Shown here: positions 26,736-35,231 of the stretch, piece after piece
Position numbering within the stretch: position 1 is the first letter of the stretch
Layout: the number at the start of each line of letters is the position of its first letter
Virus record (IMG/VR): IMGVR_UViG_3300016471_000302
Span: 1-38,852 of that record
Reading direction: 5' to 3' (one strand)
DNA: 38,852 nucleotides
DNA from: a virus
Taxonomy: Duplodnaviria > Caudoviricetes
The notes under the pieces: generated by a model
Database searches by the model: none
The model's input: only the letters and a program-made list of their open reading frames with translations
What the model was told of the DNA's origin: nothing
Made by a program: the position numbers and the translations under genes

Positions 26736-27124
26736 TGCCCTCGTTCGTCGCGCCCAAGCCCGTGAGCGAGACCGCCCTGCGTGACCTTGAGCTACGGCTC
26801 AGCGCGCAGGTGCGTTCTCTCGCCGCACAAGTCGAGGCCCTGAACGTGCGCGTCAGCGCCCTGCACCTCGGCTCCACCTGCCACCCCGAGTGGATAAATC
26901 CCGGGGCAGGAAACCTTGCCCGCGCGAGACGCGCCTCAATTGTCGAAGCGGTGCTCGCCACCGCCGGCACCCCCGGCATGACCCTGGCTGAGCTCGCCGC
27001 CTACCTACACCTGCCCCGCACCCGGCACGAGGTGCTGCTTTCTGACCTGTCTTATCTGATCGACGCCGACCGCGCCGAACGAACCCCAACCCGCGCCAAG
27101 AAGTGGCGCATCACGGAACGCTGA
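26735..27124 (+). CDS. Putative winged-HTH DNA-binding protein (129 aa)
   Basis: TGATG overlap; GMTLAELAAYL...L..L......W pattern. Confidence 0.55.
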   Translation: MPSFVAPKPVSETALRDLELRLSAQVRSLAAQVEALNVRVSALHLGSTCHPEWINPGAGNLARARRASIVEAVLATAGTPGMTLAELAAYLHLPRTRHEVLLSDLSYLIDADRAERTPTRAKKWRITER

Positions 27125-27127
27125 ACC

Positions 27128-27835
27128 ATGGCCAAGACCAAGACCTCCCCCGCTGTCACCACGATTGACTCCGCCCACCCGAACCTCGCCCTGTGGGAAT
27201 CGGTGCAGGCCACCGACCCCGACTACACGAAGTCCTTCAGCCGCTCCGGTGGTTTCCGTGGCACGGCTATCAATCACACCTACCAGCAGAAGCGCGCGAC
27301 CCAGGCTTTCGGCCCCAAGGGCCTCGGCTGGGGCTCAAAAATCCTGGACGAGAAGTACCAGGAAGGCGCGCCGATCCTGCACAAGGACCAGGTCATCGGT
27401 CGCGAGATCGTGCACGTCGTGCGCATCGAGCTCTGGTACGTGCTCGACGGAAACCGTGGCAGCACCGAGGCGTTCGGTCAGACCACGTTCGTCGGCCAGA
27501 ACAAGCACGGCGTCTACACCGACGAGGAAGCGCCCAAGAAATCACTGACCGACGCCGAGTCAAAGGCGCTCGCCAGCCTCGGATTCTCCGCCGACGTGCA
27601 CCTCGGTCTCTTCGACGACAACAAGTACGTGAACGACCTGAAGGCCGCCGTGGCCGAGGCCGAGAAGCCAAAGGGCCCGGGGCTGCCCGAGCTCCTCGCC
27701 ATGGTCGACGCCGCCGCAACGGTCGACGCGCTCAAGCCCGTGAGCGTCGCCGCCGCTGCACTTTCCGAGGCCGACCGCGCCACGCTCCGTGCCGCGTACA
27801 CCGCCAAGCTTGCCGCCCTCAAGGCCTCGACGTGA
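27128..27835 (+). CDS. Rad52/Sak-like single-strand annealing protein (235 aa)
   Basis: AT..FGP.G.GWG and DEEAPKKSLTDA..KALASLGFSADV.LG motifs. Confidence 0.75.
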   Translation: MAKTKTSPAVTTIDSAHPNLALWESVQATDPDYTKSFSRSGGFRGTAINHTYQQKRATQAFGPKGLGWGSKILDEKYQEGAPILHKDQVIGREIVHVVRIELWYVLDGNRGSTEAFGQTTFVGQNKHGVYTDEEAPKKSLTDAESKALASLGFSADVHLGLFDDNKYVNDLKAAVAEAEKPKGPGLPELLAMVDAAATVDALKPVSVAAAALSEADRATLRAAYTAKLAALKAST

Positions 27836-28584
27836 GCAAGCTCCTCACCGCATCCTCCGCCCGACGCTGGCTCTCGTGCCCTCTTAGCGCCTGGCTGCCC
27901 CAGGAAGAGAGTTTGCCGGGTCCGGCTGCCCAAGCTGGCAACAAGTTCCACAAGCTCGTGGAAGGGCCCATTGTGGCCCGGGAATGGGTGCCCATCGATC
28001 CGCTCGACTCCGGGTACGAGATCCCGGTGCGCAACGCACTCGGGTGGTTGAACCCTCTGCTCGCGGACGCGACCGAGGTTCTGGCCGAGCAGGCCTACGA
28101 CCTCGCCGCGCTCGGCGGGTACACGAAGGTCGAGGGTCAGCGCGAGCCGCACTGGCGCGACGCGATGGGCTGCGAGCGCATCACGCTCAAGGGCCACCGC
28201 GAATACCCCGCCACGCCTGGCCACGTGTACGGCACCGCCGACGTCGTGGTCATCGAGAAGGGCAGCGCCCACGTGATCGACTGGAAGACCGGCAAGCGGT
28301 CGGACGACCACGAGGCGCAGCTGCTGACCCTGGCGCTCATGGTGGCCGAGGCCGAGAAGGTCTCCACCGTGCGCGCCACCGCCGTCTACGTGAACCTGCA
28401 GACCGGCAAGGTCACGCCGGTCACGTGGCTCTTCGACTCGTTCGACCTGCACATGCACGCCGGCCAAGTCGTGGCCGTCGCTCGCGAGCTCATCGGCTCG
28501 CAGACCCCAAGCCCGAACGGAGGCAAGCACTGCTTCTTCTGCCCCGCCATCGGCTGCCCTGAGAAACTCCGCCCCTCCCGCTGA
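27832..28584 (+). CDS. PD-(D/E)XK exonuclease, Cas4/AddB-like (DUF2800-like), 250 aa
   Basis: GTGA overlap; S.S...RW..CP, GTAD, IDWKTG, Q, and C-terminal HCFFCP...C (Fe-S staple pattern). Confidence 0.8.
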   Translation: MSKLLTASSARRWLSCPLSAWLPQEESLPGPAAQAGNKFHKLVEGPIVAREWVPIDPLDSGYEIPVRNALGWLNPLLADATEVLAEQAYDLAALGGYTKVEGQREPHWRDAMGCERITLKGHREYPATPGHVYGTADVVVIEKGSAHVIDWKTGKRSDDHEAQLLTLALMVAEAEKVSTVRATAVYVNLQTGKVTPVTWLFDSFDLHMHAGQVVAVARELIGSQTPSPNGGKHCFFCPAIGCPEKLRPSR

Positions 28585-28595
28585 AAGACACGACC

Positions 28596-29033
28596 ATGCA
28601 AGACGATATCCGCCGCATTGAACAGAAGCTCGACGAAGTCCTGAAGATCATGAAGGCCATGCCCACCACCCCGGGCGAGTACAAGAAGAAGACGGTCGAC
28701 GACGCCGACCTCGACGGCAAGTACGGCAACCCCGAGGTGCGCATGATCCCGAGCAAGTGGGCCGGCCCGGACTACAAGGGCTGGCGCTTCTCGGACTGCC
28801 CGCCCGAGTTCCTCGACGAGCTCTCCGGCATGCTCGACGCCATCAGCCGCAAGCAGGCGCAAGACCCGGCCAAGGCGAAATACGCGGACTGGTCAGCGAA
28901 GGACGCCGCCCGTGCCCGTGCGTGGGCCGAGCGCCACCGCAAGAATGGTCCCAAGAAGATCGCCGACAACGAGGACTGGGACGCCGCGCCCGCCGCCCTC
29001 GGCGAGACCTCTGACCCTGACTTCCTGTTCTGA
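28596..29033 (+). CDS. Hypothetical protein with an acidic C-terminus (145 aa)
   Basis: Strong genome-typical codon bias; ends SDPDFLF; lies in the recombination module. Confidence 0.7.
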   Translation: MQDDIRRIEQKLDEVLKIMKAMPTTPGEYKKKTVDDADLDGKYGNPEVRMIPSKWAGPDYKGWRFSDCPPEFLDELSGMLDAISRKQAQDPAKAKYADWSAKDAARARAWAERHRKNGPKKIADNEDWDAAPAALGETSDPDFLF

Positions 29034-29044
29034 AGGAGACCAAC

Positions 29045-29338
29045 ATGCCTGCCCACCCCGTGCAAATCCACATCCTCATCACTCACGACTCGGGCCGTAC
29101 CGCCGAGCGCACCTACCTCCGCGACGAGGACGGCTGGGCCCTGCTCACCCGCATGATGCGGCCCGATGGGAATCCCGAGTGCGAGAACGAAGACTCCATC
29201 GAGCACACGAACGATGCCCTGATGGACGCGCTGCTCGCCGTGCACGCTGCATTCGGGACCATGCTCGGTCCCGACGACGCACCCCTTCCGCAACTGGTAC
29301 CCGTCGACACCCGGCCAAATTCCGGGGCGATGAACTGA
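29045..29338 (+). CDS. Hypothetical protein (97 aa)
   Basis: AAGGAG SD. Confidence 0.65.
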   Translation: MPAHPVQIHILITHDSGRTAERTYLRDEDGWALLTRMMRPDGNPECENEDSIEHTNDALMDALLAVHAAFGTMLGPDDAPLPQLVPVDTRPNSGAMN

Positions 29339-29367
29339 TTGCACGCGGGTAAGCAGTAGCGTAGAAA
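29339..29367 (+). promoter_or_regulatory. Candidate sigma-70-type promoter for the replication genes
   Basis: TTGCAC-17 bp-TAGAAA; intergenic. Confidence 0.35.
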
Positions 29368-29480
29368 GAACTTGCCCCCGACTCCTGGCAGGGAATCGAG
29401 GGCGACAAACGATGGCAAGACAAAGATAGCGCGATCAGTCCGCGCTGTCGAGCGTCCTGCCGTACTCCTCGGAGAAGACG

Positions 29481-30194
29481 ATGGCTGGATGGTATCGACA
29501 AGACCTTGCGGACGACGCCCGTCTAGCGATGCTTTTGACTCTTGGTCAGGTGGACTTGGTCCTCGCTCATCTTCGCATCACTGAGCACCGCGTTCGCCAC
29601 GAGGACGACGACCCTCCGGAAGAGCTTGCCCATTGGAAGTCCAAGCTCGTCGAGCTCAACCTGTGGCGCACTCTCGAAGAGCTCATCACCGTTCAACTTG
29701 CACAGCGTGCGCGTACCAACCGCAGCCGCAAGCGTGACGCCACGTCACGTGATGTAACGTTACATGACGTTACGACACGTGATGTAACGGCTACACAACA
29801 CAACACAACAGATCAAACAGGAGAGAAAAGTATTGCGCCTCCTGCGGAGTCGCCCGCTCCGGCCAAGCCGAAGCGGAAGCCAAAGGCCGTCGAGTCGTTC
29901 GAGTCTTGGCTACCCAAGGAGGACCACTTCGCCATCGCGAAGGAGCGCAAGCTCAGCATGGCCGCCGAGCACATCTCGATGCGCGACTGGCTCGCGTCGA
30001 CCGGCAAGACCTACAAGGACTACGACGCGTTCGCTCGGAATTGGTTGCGACGCGCGACGCCGCAACGCGCCGCCCCGGTCAACACGGCCAACAACCTGCG
30101 CCAGCCGCACCCAAGAGATATTCCCACCGACCCCGAGGAAGCCAGGAAGTACTGGCTAGGAGAACCCGATGAACAACGATTTGACTGGGGATGA
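29481..30194 (+). CDS. Replication initiator (lambda O-like organisation, DnaT-like C-terminal domain), 237 aa
   Basis: GGAG SD; central low-complexity linker with DNA repeats; W.P....DYDA.ARNWLRRA motif; followed by a DnaC-like ATPase. Confidence 0.7.
   Translation: MAGWYRQDLADDARLAMLLTLGQVDLVLAHLRITEHRVRHEDDDPPEELAHWKSKLVELNLWRTLEELITVQLAQRARTNRSRKRDATSRDVTLHDVTTRDVTATQHNTTDQTGEKSIAPPAESPAPAKPKRKPKAVESFESWLPKEDHFAIAKERKLSMAAEHISMRDWLASTGKTYKDYDAFARNWLRRATPQRAAPVNTANNLRQPHPRDIPTDPEEARKYWLGEPDEQRFDWG
29733..29820. repeat. Iteron-like repeats and AC-rich tract; putative replication origin
   Basis: CACGTGATGTAACG at 29746 and 29776; palindrome ATGTAACGTTACAT at 29752-29765; tandem CACAA at 29794-29810. 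Confidence 0.65.
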
Positions 30195-30822
30195 TCCGCT
30201 CGCTGCGACCATCGCCGCCCTGATGAAGGCCTCGCAGAAGGCTCCACCGCCCGCTGCCGCCGCTCTTCCTCCGCCGTCGCTGGCCGAGCTCCTCGCCAGC
30301 CAGGGCGCAACCTACCTGCCCGAACGTTACCGGCCCATCGTCGCGAAGCTTCTGGAAAACGGGACCCCCGCCGTGCTCGACCCGCTCCTCGACCAGCTCT
30401 CCGTCCGCGACGGACGTACCCCGTTCGTCGTCATCGTCGGGCCGACCGGCTCCGGCAAGACCACCCTCGCGCTCATGATGCCCATCGCCCTCGTGCTTCG
30501 CGCTGGCGAGCGTCGTCTCGAACGCCCCATGTTCGTGCACGCCGACGAGATTTGCTCGGCCCGCCGCTTTGCCCGTCTCGGCGACGAGCCCGATACGCTG
30601 CACCGTGCACGCACCCGGCGCGTCGTGATCATCGACGATGTCATTGGCCAGAAGGATGAAGCCGGCGATCTGTATCGCGTCATCCGCCACCGCGAGGAGC
30701 AGGGCATGCCGACGATCATCACCGCCGGGTTCAACCGAGGAGAGGCCGCGTCGTCCTACGGCGAGCAATTCGCACGACGCATGTTTGCTGGTGCAGTTCA
30801 CATGTTGGGAGGCAAGCGATGA
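30169..30822 (+). CDS. DnaC/IstB-like AAA+ ATPase (helicase loader), 217 aa
   Basis: Walker A GPTGSGKT, Walker B VIIDD, R......PTIIT, YGE...RR. Confidence 0.8.
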   Translation: MNNDLTGDDPLAATIAALMKASQKAPPPAAAALPPPSLAELLASQGATYLPERYRPIVAKLLENGTPAVLDPLLDQLSVRDGRTPFVVIVGPTGSGKTTLALMMPIALVLRAGERRLERPMFVHADEICSARRFARLGDEPDTLHRARTRRVVIIDDVIGQKDEAGDLYRVIRHREEQGMPTIITAGFNRGEAASSYGEQFARRMFAGAVHMLGGKR

Positions 30823-31262
30823 GCGATGACGCAGAGCGCGAACGCGCAAGGTACGAGGCACTGTCGGCGGTGGTCGACGGCTACCGCCGCGAGCGCGACG
30901 ACGCCCGTGAACAGCTCTACCTCACGAAGGCCGAGCTTGGCCGCTGGGTAGACCGCGAGACCAAGGCCGCGCGCGAGCGCGACGAGGCGCGGGCGGAGCT
31001 TGCAGGCTTGCCAGCATGGCAGCACGCCTGCGAGCAATCGCGGCTCGACCTTGCGGAAGCCGAAGCAGTGATTGCTCGACGAGAAACGCAGATCGACGAG
31101 GCGCGGGCATCCGTTGCCGACGCGTACCGCCGCGGCGCCGAGGCCATGCGCAAACGGTGTGCAATGTGGATCAAACACAACTCGCACGAGGATGGGCTCG
31201 GCATGGGCTCGCAACGCATGGAGAGCGCGCTTGCCGCCCTGCCGATCCCGGAGGAGCCATGA
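30819..31262 (+). CDS. Coiled-coil protein with RERDEARA repeats (147 aa)
   Basis: GGAGG SD; ATGA overlap. Confidence 0.7.
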   Translation: MSDDAERERARYEALSAVVDGYRRERDDAREQLYLTKAELGRWVDRETKAARERDEARAELAGLPAWQHACEQSRLDLAEAEAVIARRETQIDEARASVADAYRRGAEAMRKRCAMWIKHNSHEDGLGMGSQRMESALAALPIPEEP

Positions 31263-31762
31263 AACCTACTCGACCTGAGCGCGATCACAGGAATCGGTGG
31301 TGCTTCCGATGCGAAACATGGCGAGACATGGAGCCATGGAGCGACTCATGGGGTGGGTGCCGGTGCCCGACATGTGAATATGTGGCGAAGGTGGCGAATC
31401 CGTTTTTTGAGGCGCTGCAGTGTTCCGTTTGCGGTCGCCCGTGCGAAGGCGTGTCCGACGAAAGGGGCCGCTTGGGCTGCTCGTACGAGTGCGCGTACAA
31501 GCTTGGGCACATCCCGCGAGAGATTATGGTGCAGTATGCCGGGCGCAAATGGCAGCCCGATCGCAGCAATCACGATGCTCCGGTCACCCGTGCAACGGAG
31601 CCGACGCCGAAGACGTACACCATCGGGGAGACCGAGTTGGCGCATCGCATCGCGGTTGCCGAGCAACGCTTCGTCGACGAGTACGACGCGCGCAAGGCAG
31701 CAGAGCGCGAGATCGCCGAGTTGAAGGCGCGCATTGCCGTGCTGGAGGCCATGAAGCCATGA
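31259..31762 (+). CDS. Cys-rich (zinc-binding) hypothetical protein (167 aa)
   Basis: GGAGGAG SD, ATGA overlap; CFRC, CPTC, CSVC and CSYEC motifs. Confidence 0.6.
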   Translation: MKPTRPERDHRNRWCFRCETWRDMEPWSDSWGGCRCPTCEYVAKVANPFFEALQCSVCGRPCEGVSDERGRLGCSYECAYKLGHIPREIMVQYAGRKWQPDRSNHDAPVTRATEPTPKTYTIGETELAHRIAVAEQRFVDEYDARKAAEREIAELKARIAVLEAMKP

Positions 31763-31920
31763 ACGCCCGCGAACTTGCGATCGCCACCATCGGCGAGCGG
31801 CTCTTCGCGCGGCTCGTGAAGAGCAGCGGAGAGGCCGCAGCGGTCAAGGCCGCGTGGCACCGGATGCTGGCCGAGCAGCACCAGGAGAGAGTGCGATGGG
31901 AACGCGCGCGGAACACGTAA
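31759..31920 (+). CDS. Hypothetical protein (53 aa)
   Basis: ATGA overlap. Confidence 0.5.
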   Translation: MNARELAIATIGERLFARLVKSSGEAAAVKAAWHRMLAEQHQERVRWERARNT

Positions 31921-32102
31921 CGATTCACCAGATCCACGGCTCCAAGGTGCTGGCGGTCTATTGCGGGCACTGCACCGGCGCGCTGCGCCTCGCGTTGCCC
32001 GTGCCCGTCTCGGAACTTGTAACCGCTACTGAGCAGTTCGTTGCGCGTCATCAGGCGCGGCACGACTTGGCGCGCGTCGAAGACATGGAGGAGGAGTTAT
32101 GA
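31896..32102 (+). CDS. Hypothetical protein with CGHC motif (68 aa)
   Basis: AGGAG upstream; operon-contiguous. Confidence 0.5.
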   Translation: MGTRAEHVTIHQIHGSKVLAVYCGHCTGALRLALPVPVSELVTATEQFVARHQARHDLARVEDMEEEL

Positions 32103-32518
32103 GCGACTTTGCAGTTGGCGACGTCGTTGGGCGTCTTACGATTACCAGCCTGAATCCACTCGTCTGCCAGTGCTCGTGCGGGAGCGTCGTTACGCGGTAC
32201 CGCATGTGGAACCTGCGCAACGGCTGCAAGTCGTGCGGCTGCCTGCACCGTGGTCCCAACTACGAGGCCGCCGTGTGGGCTCGCGCAAAGTACCGGCCCA
32301 TCCGCTGCCTCACGCCAGATGAGAAACACGTTGGTCGACTGTGGCACGCCGCATGTGCGCTGTGCGACCGAGAGTACGACATCTCCGAGAAGGCGCTCTA
32401 CAGCGCAGCACAGAAGCCAAAGCGGAGGGGCTGCATCGGGTGCTACCGTGACCGCGTCATCACCCCACGACTCATGCGCAAAGCCGAACGACACGCACGC
32501 AAGCTATCGTCCGAATAG
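32099..32518 (+). CDS. Cys-rich protein resembling the N-terminal domains of phage HNH/AP2 endonucleases (139 aa)
   Basis: GRLTI...CQCSCG......NLRNG.KSCGC plus a degenerate second copy; GGAGGAG SD. Confidence 0.65.
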   Translation: MSDFAVGDVVGRLTITSLNPLVCQCSCGSVVTRYRMWNLRNGCKSCGCLHRGPNYEAAVWARAKYRPIRCLTPDEKHVGRLWHAACALCDREYDISEKALYSAAQKPKRRGCIGCYRDRVITPRLMRKAERHARKLSSE

Positions 32519-32624
32519 GTCGAGCCCGTCAGGATGCAGTCTGACGAGCCCGATTGGCGACGAGCGTAGGAGGGGAGGAACCAGTCGCCATCCCCGCCAG
32601 GTATCACCAGCAAAGGAACACGTC

Positions 32625-32972
32625 ATGGGCAATCTCGCCAAAGCCGTAAGCCTCACCAAGAAGCACAAAGATCCCAAGGGCGGACTCACCGCCGCTGGTC
32701 GCGCTGCCTACAACCGCGCCACCGGCTCGAACCTCAAGCCCGGTGTTACGGGCCCCGCCAACACCACCGAGAAGATGCGCCGCAAAGGGTCCTTCCTGAC
32801 ACGGATGTTCTCCAACCCCACCGGAGGTGCGATCAAGGACGGAAAGCCCACCAGGAGGGCGCTGAGCGCCGCTGCTTGGGGGGAACCGGTGCCCAAGTCA
32901 ACAGGGGCGATGGCTGCCCTGGCGGCGAAGGGCCGCAGGATGTTGTCCAAATACAAGGCGATGAAGAAATGA
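32625..32972 (+). CDS. Basic phage protein, DUF6321-like (115 aa)
   Basis: K.PKGGL.A.GR..YN..TG.NLK, RR.SF..RM motifs; AAGGA SD. Confidence 0.7.
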   Translation: MGNLAKAVSLTKKHKDPKGGLTAAGRAAYNRATGSNLKPGVTGPANTTEKMRRKGSFLTRMFSNPTGGAIKDGKPTRRALSAAAWGEPVPKSTGAMAALAAKGRRMLSKYKAMKK

Positions 32973-33838
32973 CTTGGCAGGAAAAGCTCGCTGGGAGGCG
33001 CGTGATCGCCAGCGTAAGCGGCGGGAAGGACTCGGCTGCACTCAGCCTATGGCTCAAGGAGCAGGGCATCGAGCATGAGCGTGTGTTCCTCGACACTGGG
33101 TGGGAACACCCCGACACCTACGAATATCTGCGCGGCGACCTTGAGCGCGCTCTCGGGTCCATTACCTGGGTGACGCCACCTCGGCAGATGGAAGAACTTG
33201 TGCTCCACAAGGGCATGTTTCCATCGAGGATGCAGCGTTTCTGTACGCAACTCCTCAAGGTCAAGCCGATGGCCAAGTATATCTCCGCCTACCAGGACCA
33301 GCACGGCGAGGTCGTCAACGCCGTGGGGGTCAGGGGAGCCGAAAGCCAGGCCCGCTCAAAGCTCCCCGAGTGGGAGTGGCAGGATGGTTTCGATTGCGAG
33401 GTCTGGCGACCGCTACTCCGATGGAGTGAGCAGGACGTAATCGACATGCACACCCGCCACGGGCTCAGGCCGAACCCGCTCTACCTCAAGGGCGCGACCC
33501 GCGTAGGGTGCTGGCCATGCGTGTACGCGAAAAAGGACGAGCTGCGCCTCATGCAGCGGATCGACCCGACCCGCGTCGACAAGCTGCGGGAGCTTGAAGG
33601 GCTCGTGACGCTCAAGGCCAAGGCTCGATCCGAGGCAAAGGGCGAGACGCTGAAGAACAACCCTGGATGGTTCCAGGCCAAGACCGGGTATGGACGCGAG
33701 TGCTGGCCCATCGACGATGTCATAAAATGGTCCATGACTAGCCACGGCGGCAAGCAGTACGAGCTCTTCAGCGCCGAGCCCCACGAGCAGGGGTGCGTGC
33801 GCTGGGGACTCTGCAACACGGAGGAACCAAATGGCTAG
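32969..33838 (+). CDS. PAPS-reductase family (CysH/DndC-like) protein, 289 aa
   Basis: PP-loop SGGKDS, DTGWEH, RFCT..LK..P, GVR..ES..R, PL..W, NPLY..G..RVGCWPC. Confidence 0.88.
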   Translation: MTWQEKLAGRRVIASVSGGKDSAALSLWLKEQGIEHERVFLDTGWEHPDTYEYLRGDLERALGSITWVTPPRQMEELVLHKGMFPSRMQRFCTQLLKVKPMAKYISAYQDQHGEVVNAVGVRGAESQARSKLPEWEWQDGFDCEVWRPLLRWSEQDVIDMHTRHGLRPNPLYLKGATRVGCWPCVYAKKDELRLMQRIDPTRVDKLRELEGLVTLKAKARSEAKGETLKNNPGWFQAKTGYGRECWPIDDVIKWSMTSHGGKQYELFSAEPHEQGCVRWGLCNTEEPNG

Positions 33839-34346
33839 AAAGAAAGCCATCATGCAGTCGGTGAAGGCGGTGCAGGACGTGCCGAAGCTCGACCGTCCGC
33901 TGCTGCCCACCAAGACCACCCAGCACGACGTGGCCGTCGAAGCCGTCGCCAAGCTCATGTACGCCGGCCAGTGGTCCACTGACGCACGCGACGAGCTGCT
34001 CAAGGAGCTCGGCTACAGCATGGCAGGCATGGCCAAGTGCGAGCGCGAAGCGCAGCGCCTCGTCCGCATGTCCATGAAGCACAGCACCAAGGCGTTCGAC
34101 CGCCTGTCCGGTGTGCTCAACGAGGTCATCGACCGCAGCCTATCCGATGGCGACCTGCGCACCACCGTCATGGCCGCCGGCAGGCTCGCCGATATCACCG
34201 GCCTCAACAAGCAGGTCGTCGAACACCGCGAAGGCGACCGACTGGAGGAGTTCCGTCGCCGCGCGCTTGCAGGAGAAGACCCCGTCGAGCTCGCAAAGGA
34301 AGCAACAAACTTCCTACTCGGAGTCGAATCGGGTATGTATCAGTGA
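33831..34346 (+). CDS. Putative terminase small subunit-like helical protein (171 aa)
   Basis: GGAGGA SD; HTH-like N-terminal half and GDLRT...A...LA.ITGL helix pattern. Confidence 0.45.
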   Translation: MARKKAIMQSVKAVQDVPKLDRPLLPTKTTQHDVAVEAVAKLMYAGQWSTDARDELLKELGYSMAGMAKCEREAQRLVRMSMKHSTKAFDRLSGVLNEVIDRSLSDGDLRTTVMAAGRLADITGLNKQVVEHREGDRLEEFRRRALAGEDPVELAKEATNFLLGVESGMYQ

Positions 34347-34356
34347 GGAGGAACCA

Positions 34357-34896
34357 ATGGCAAAGCGTTTTGATGCAGAAGATATCGATGTGCCCACCTA
34401 TGCCGATGAGGTCGCAGGTGGCTATCCAACCGCAGCGTTCGTCGACGAGATCGGCGCTATGCGTATTCACGTCTACGCGCCCGTGATGGCCAGCCCACGT
34501 CCACGCGTCACAACGCGCGGGACGTTCATGCCGTCGGACTATCGCAAGCACTGCGACAAGCTCTCGTGCTCGCTCGCCCATGCTCGCGGCGTCTACGAGG
34601 GTCACCTCGTCTCGTGGCCCGCAGGCTCCGTCATGTCGCTCGACCTGTCCTTCTGCTGCCCCAAGATGCCGGGCGACCTCGACAACCTCGCCAAGACCAC
34701 CGTCGCGCTCGGCAATGTCGCCAGCCGAACCGGGCCGCGCAGTTTCTCCCCGCTCGACACCGCTAAGGTCGTCGCGATGCGCGATCAACGGCGCAAGGGC
34801 GCGTCGCTCAAAGCCCTCGCCAAAGCCTTCGACGTCAGCGTGACGACGGTGTCGAAGGTCGTGAACCAGCTCATCTGGCGGGACGTGCTGCGATGA
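34357..34896 (+). CDS. Chimeric ORF: RusA resolvase N-terminal part fused to an HNH-type C-terminal HTH (179 aa)
   Basis: PRPR....FMP..Y and GDLDNLAK (RusA), then V.AMR....G.S...LA..FDVS..TVS.VV....W.DV. Confidence 0.7.
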   Translation: MAKRFDAEDIDVPTYADEVAGGYPTAAFVDEIGAMRIHVYAPVMASPRPRVTTRGTFMPSDYRKHCDKLSCSLAHARGVYEGHLVSWPAGSVMSLDLSFCCPKMPGDLDNLAKTTVALGNVASRTGPRSFSPLDTAKVVAMRDQRRKGASLKALAKAFDVSVTTVSKVVNQLIWRDVLR

Positions 34897-35231
34897 GTGG
34901 CTCTCACTCTCGCAGGAAGGGCGCCGACTTCGAGAGGGCAATGGTGCTCCGCTTTCGCGAGGCCATGCCCGACGCAACCGTTCGTCGAGGCCTGCAATAC
35001 CGCACCGGAGACGAAGCGCCTGATGTCGACTGCCCGGTCTTCTGGCCGGAACTGAAGCGCGGAAAGCAACCGAACGTCAGGGCTGCGCTGCGCCAGGCCG
35101 CGTCCGCAGCACCGCTCGGGCGCATCCCGATCGCCGTCATCCGCGACGACCGCTCGGAGGCATTTGTCGCGATGGGCCTCGATGATTTCCTCGAGCTCGT
35201 CGGCGAGTGGTGGCGGAGGCGCGACCGATGA
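34893..35231 (+). CDS. Hjc-type PD-(D/E)XK Holliday junction resolvase (112 aa)
   Basis: SR.KG..FER, PDV, E.KR, AL.QA, P....R motifs; ATGA overlap. Confidence 0.78.
   Translation: MSGSHSRRKGADFERAMVLRFREAMPDATVRRGLQYRTGDEAPDVDCPVFWPELKRGKQPNVRAALRQAASAAPLGRIPIAVIRDDRSEAFVAMGLDDFLELVGEWWRRRDR

Noticed and set aside
27193-27831. N-terminal extension of the 463-aa ORF 27193..28584
   Set aside because: It overlaps the annealase in another frame; the nuclease begins at the GTGA overlap at 27832.
27832-28584. Cas4-like gene as evidence of a CRISPR system
   Set aside because: No repeat-spacer array or other cas genes were seen; solo Cas4-like nucleases are common in phage recombination modules.
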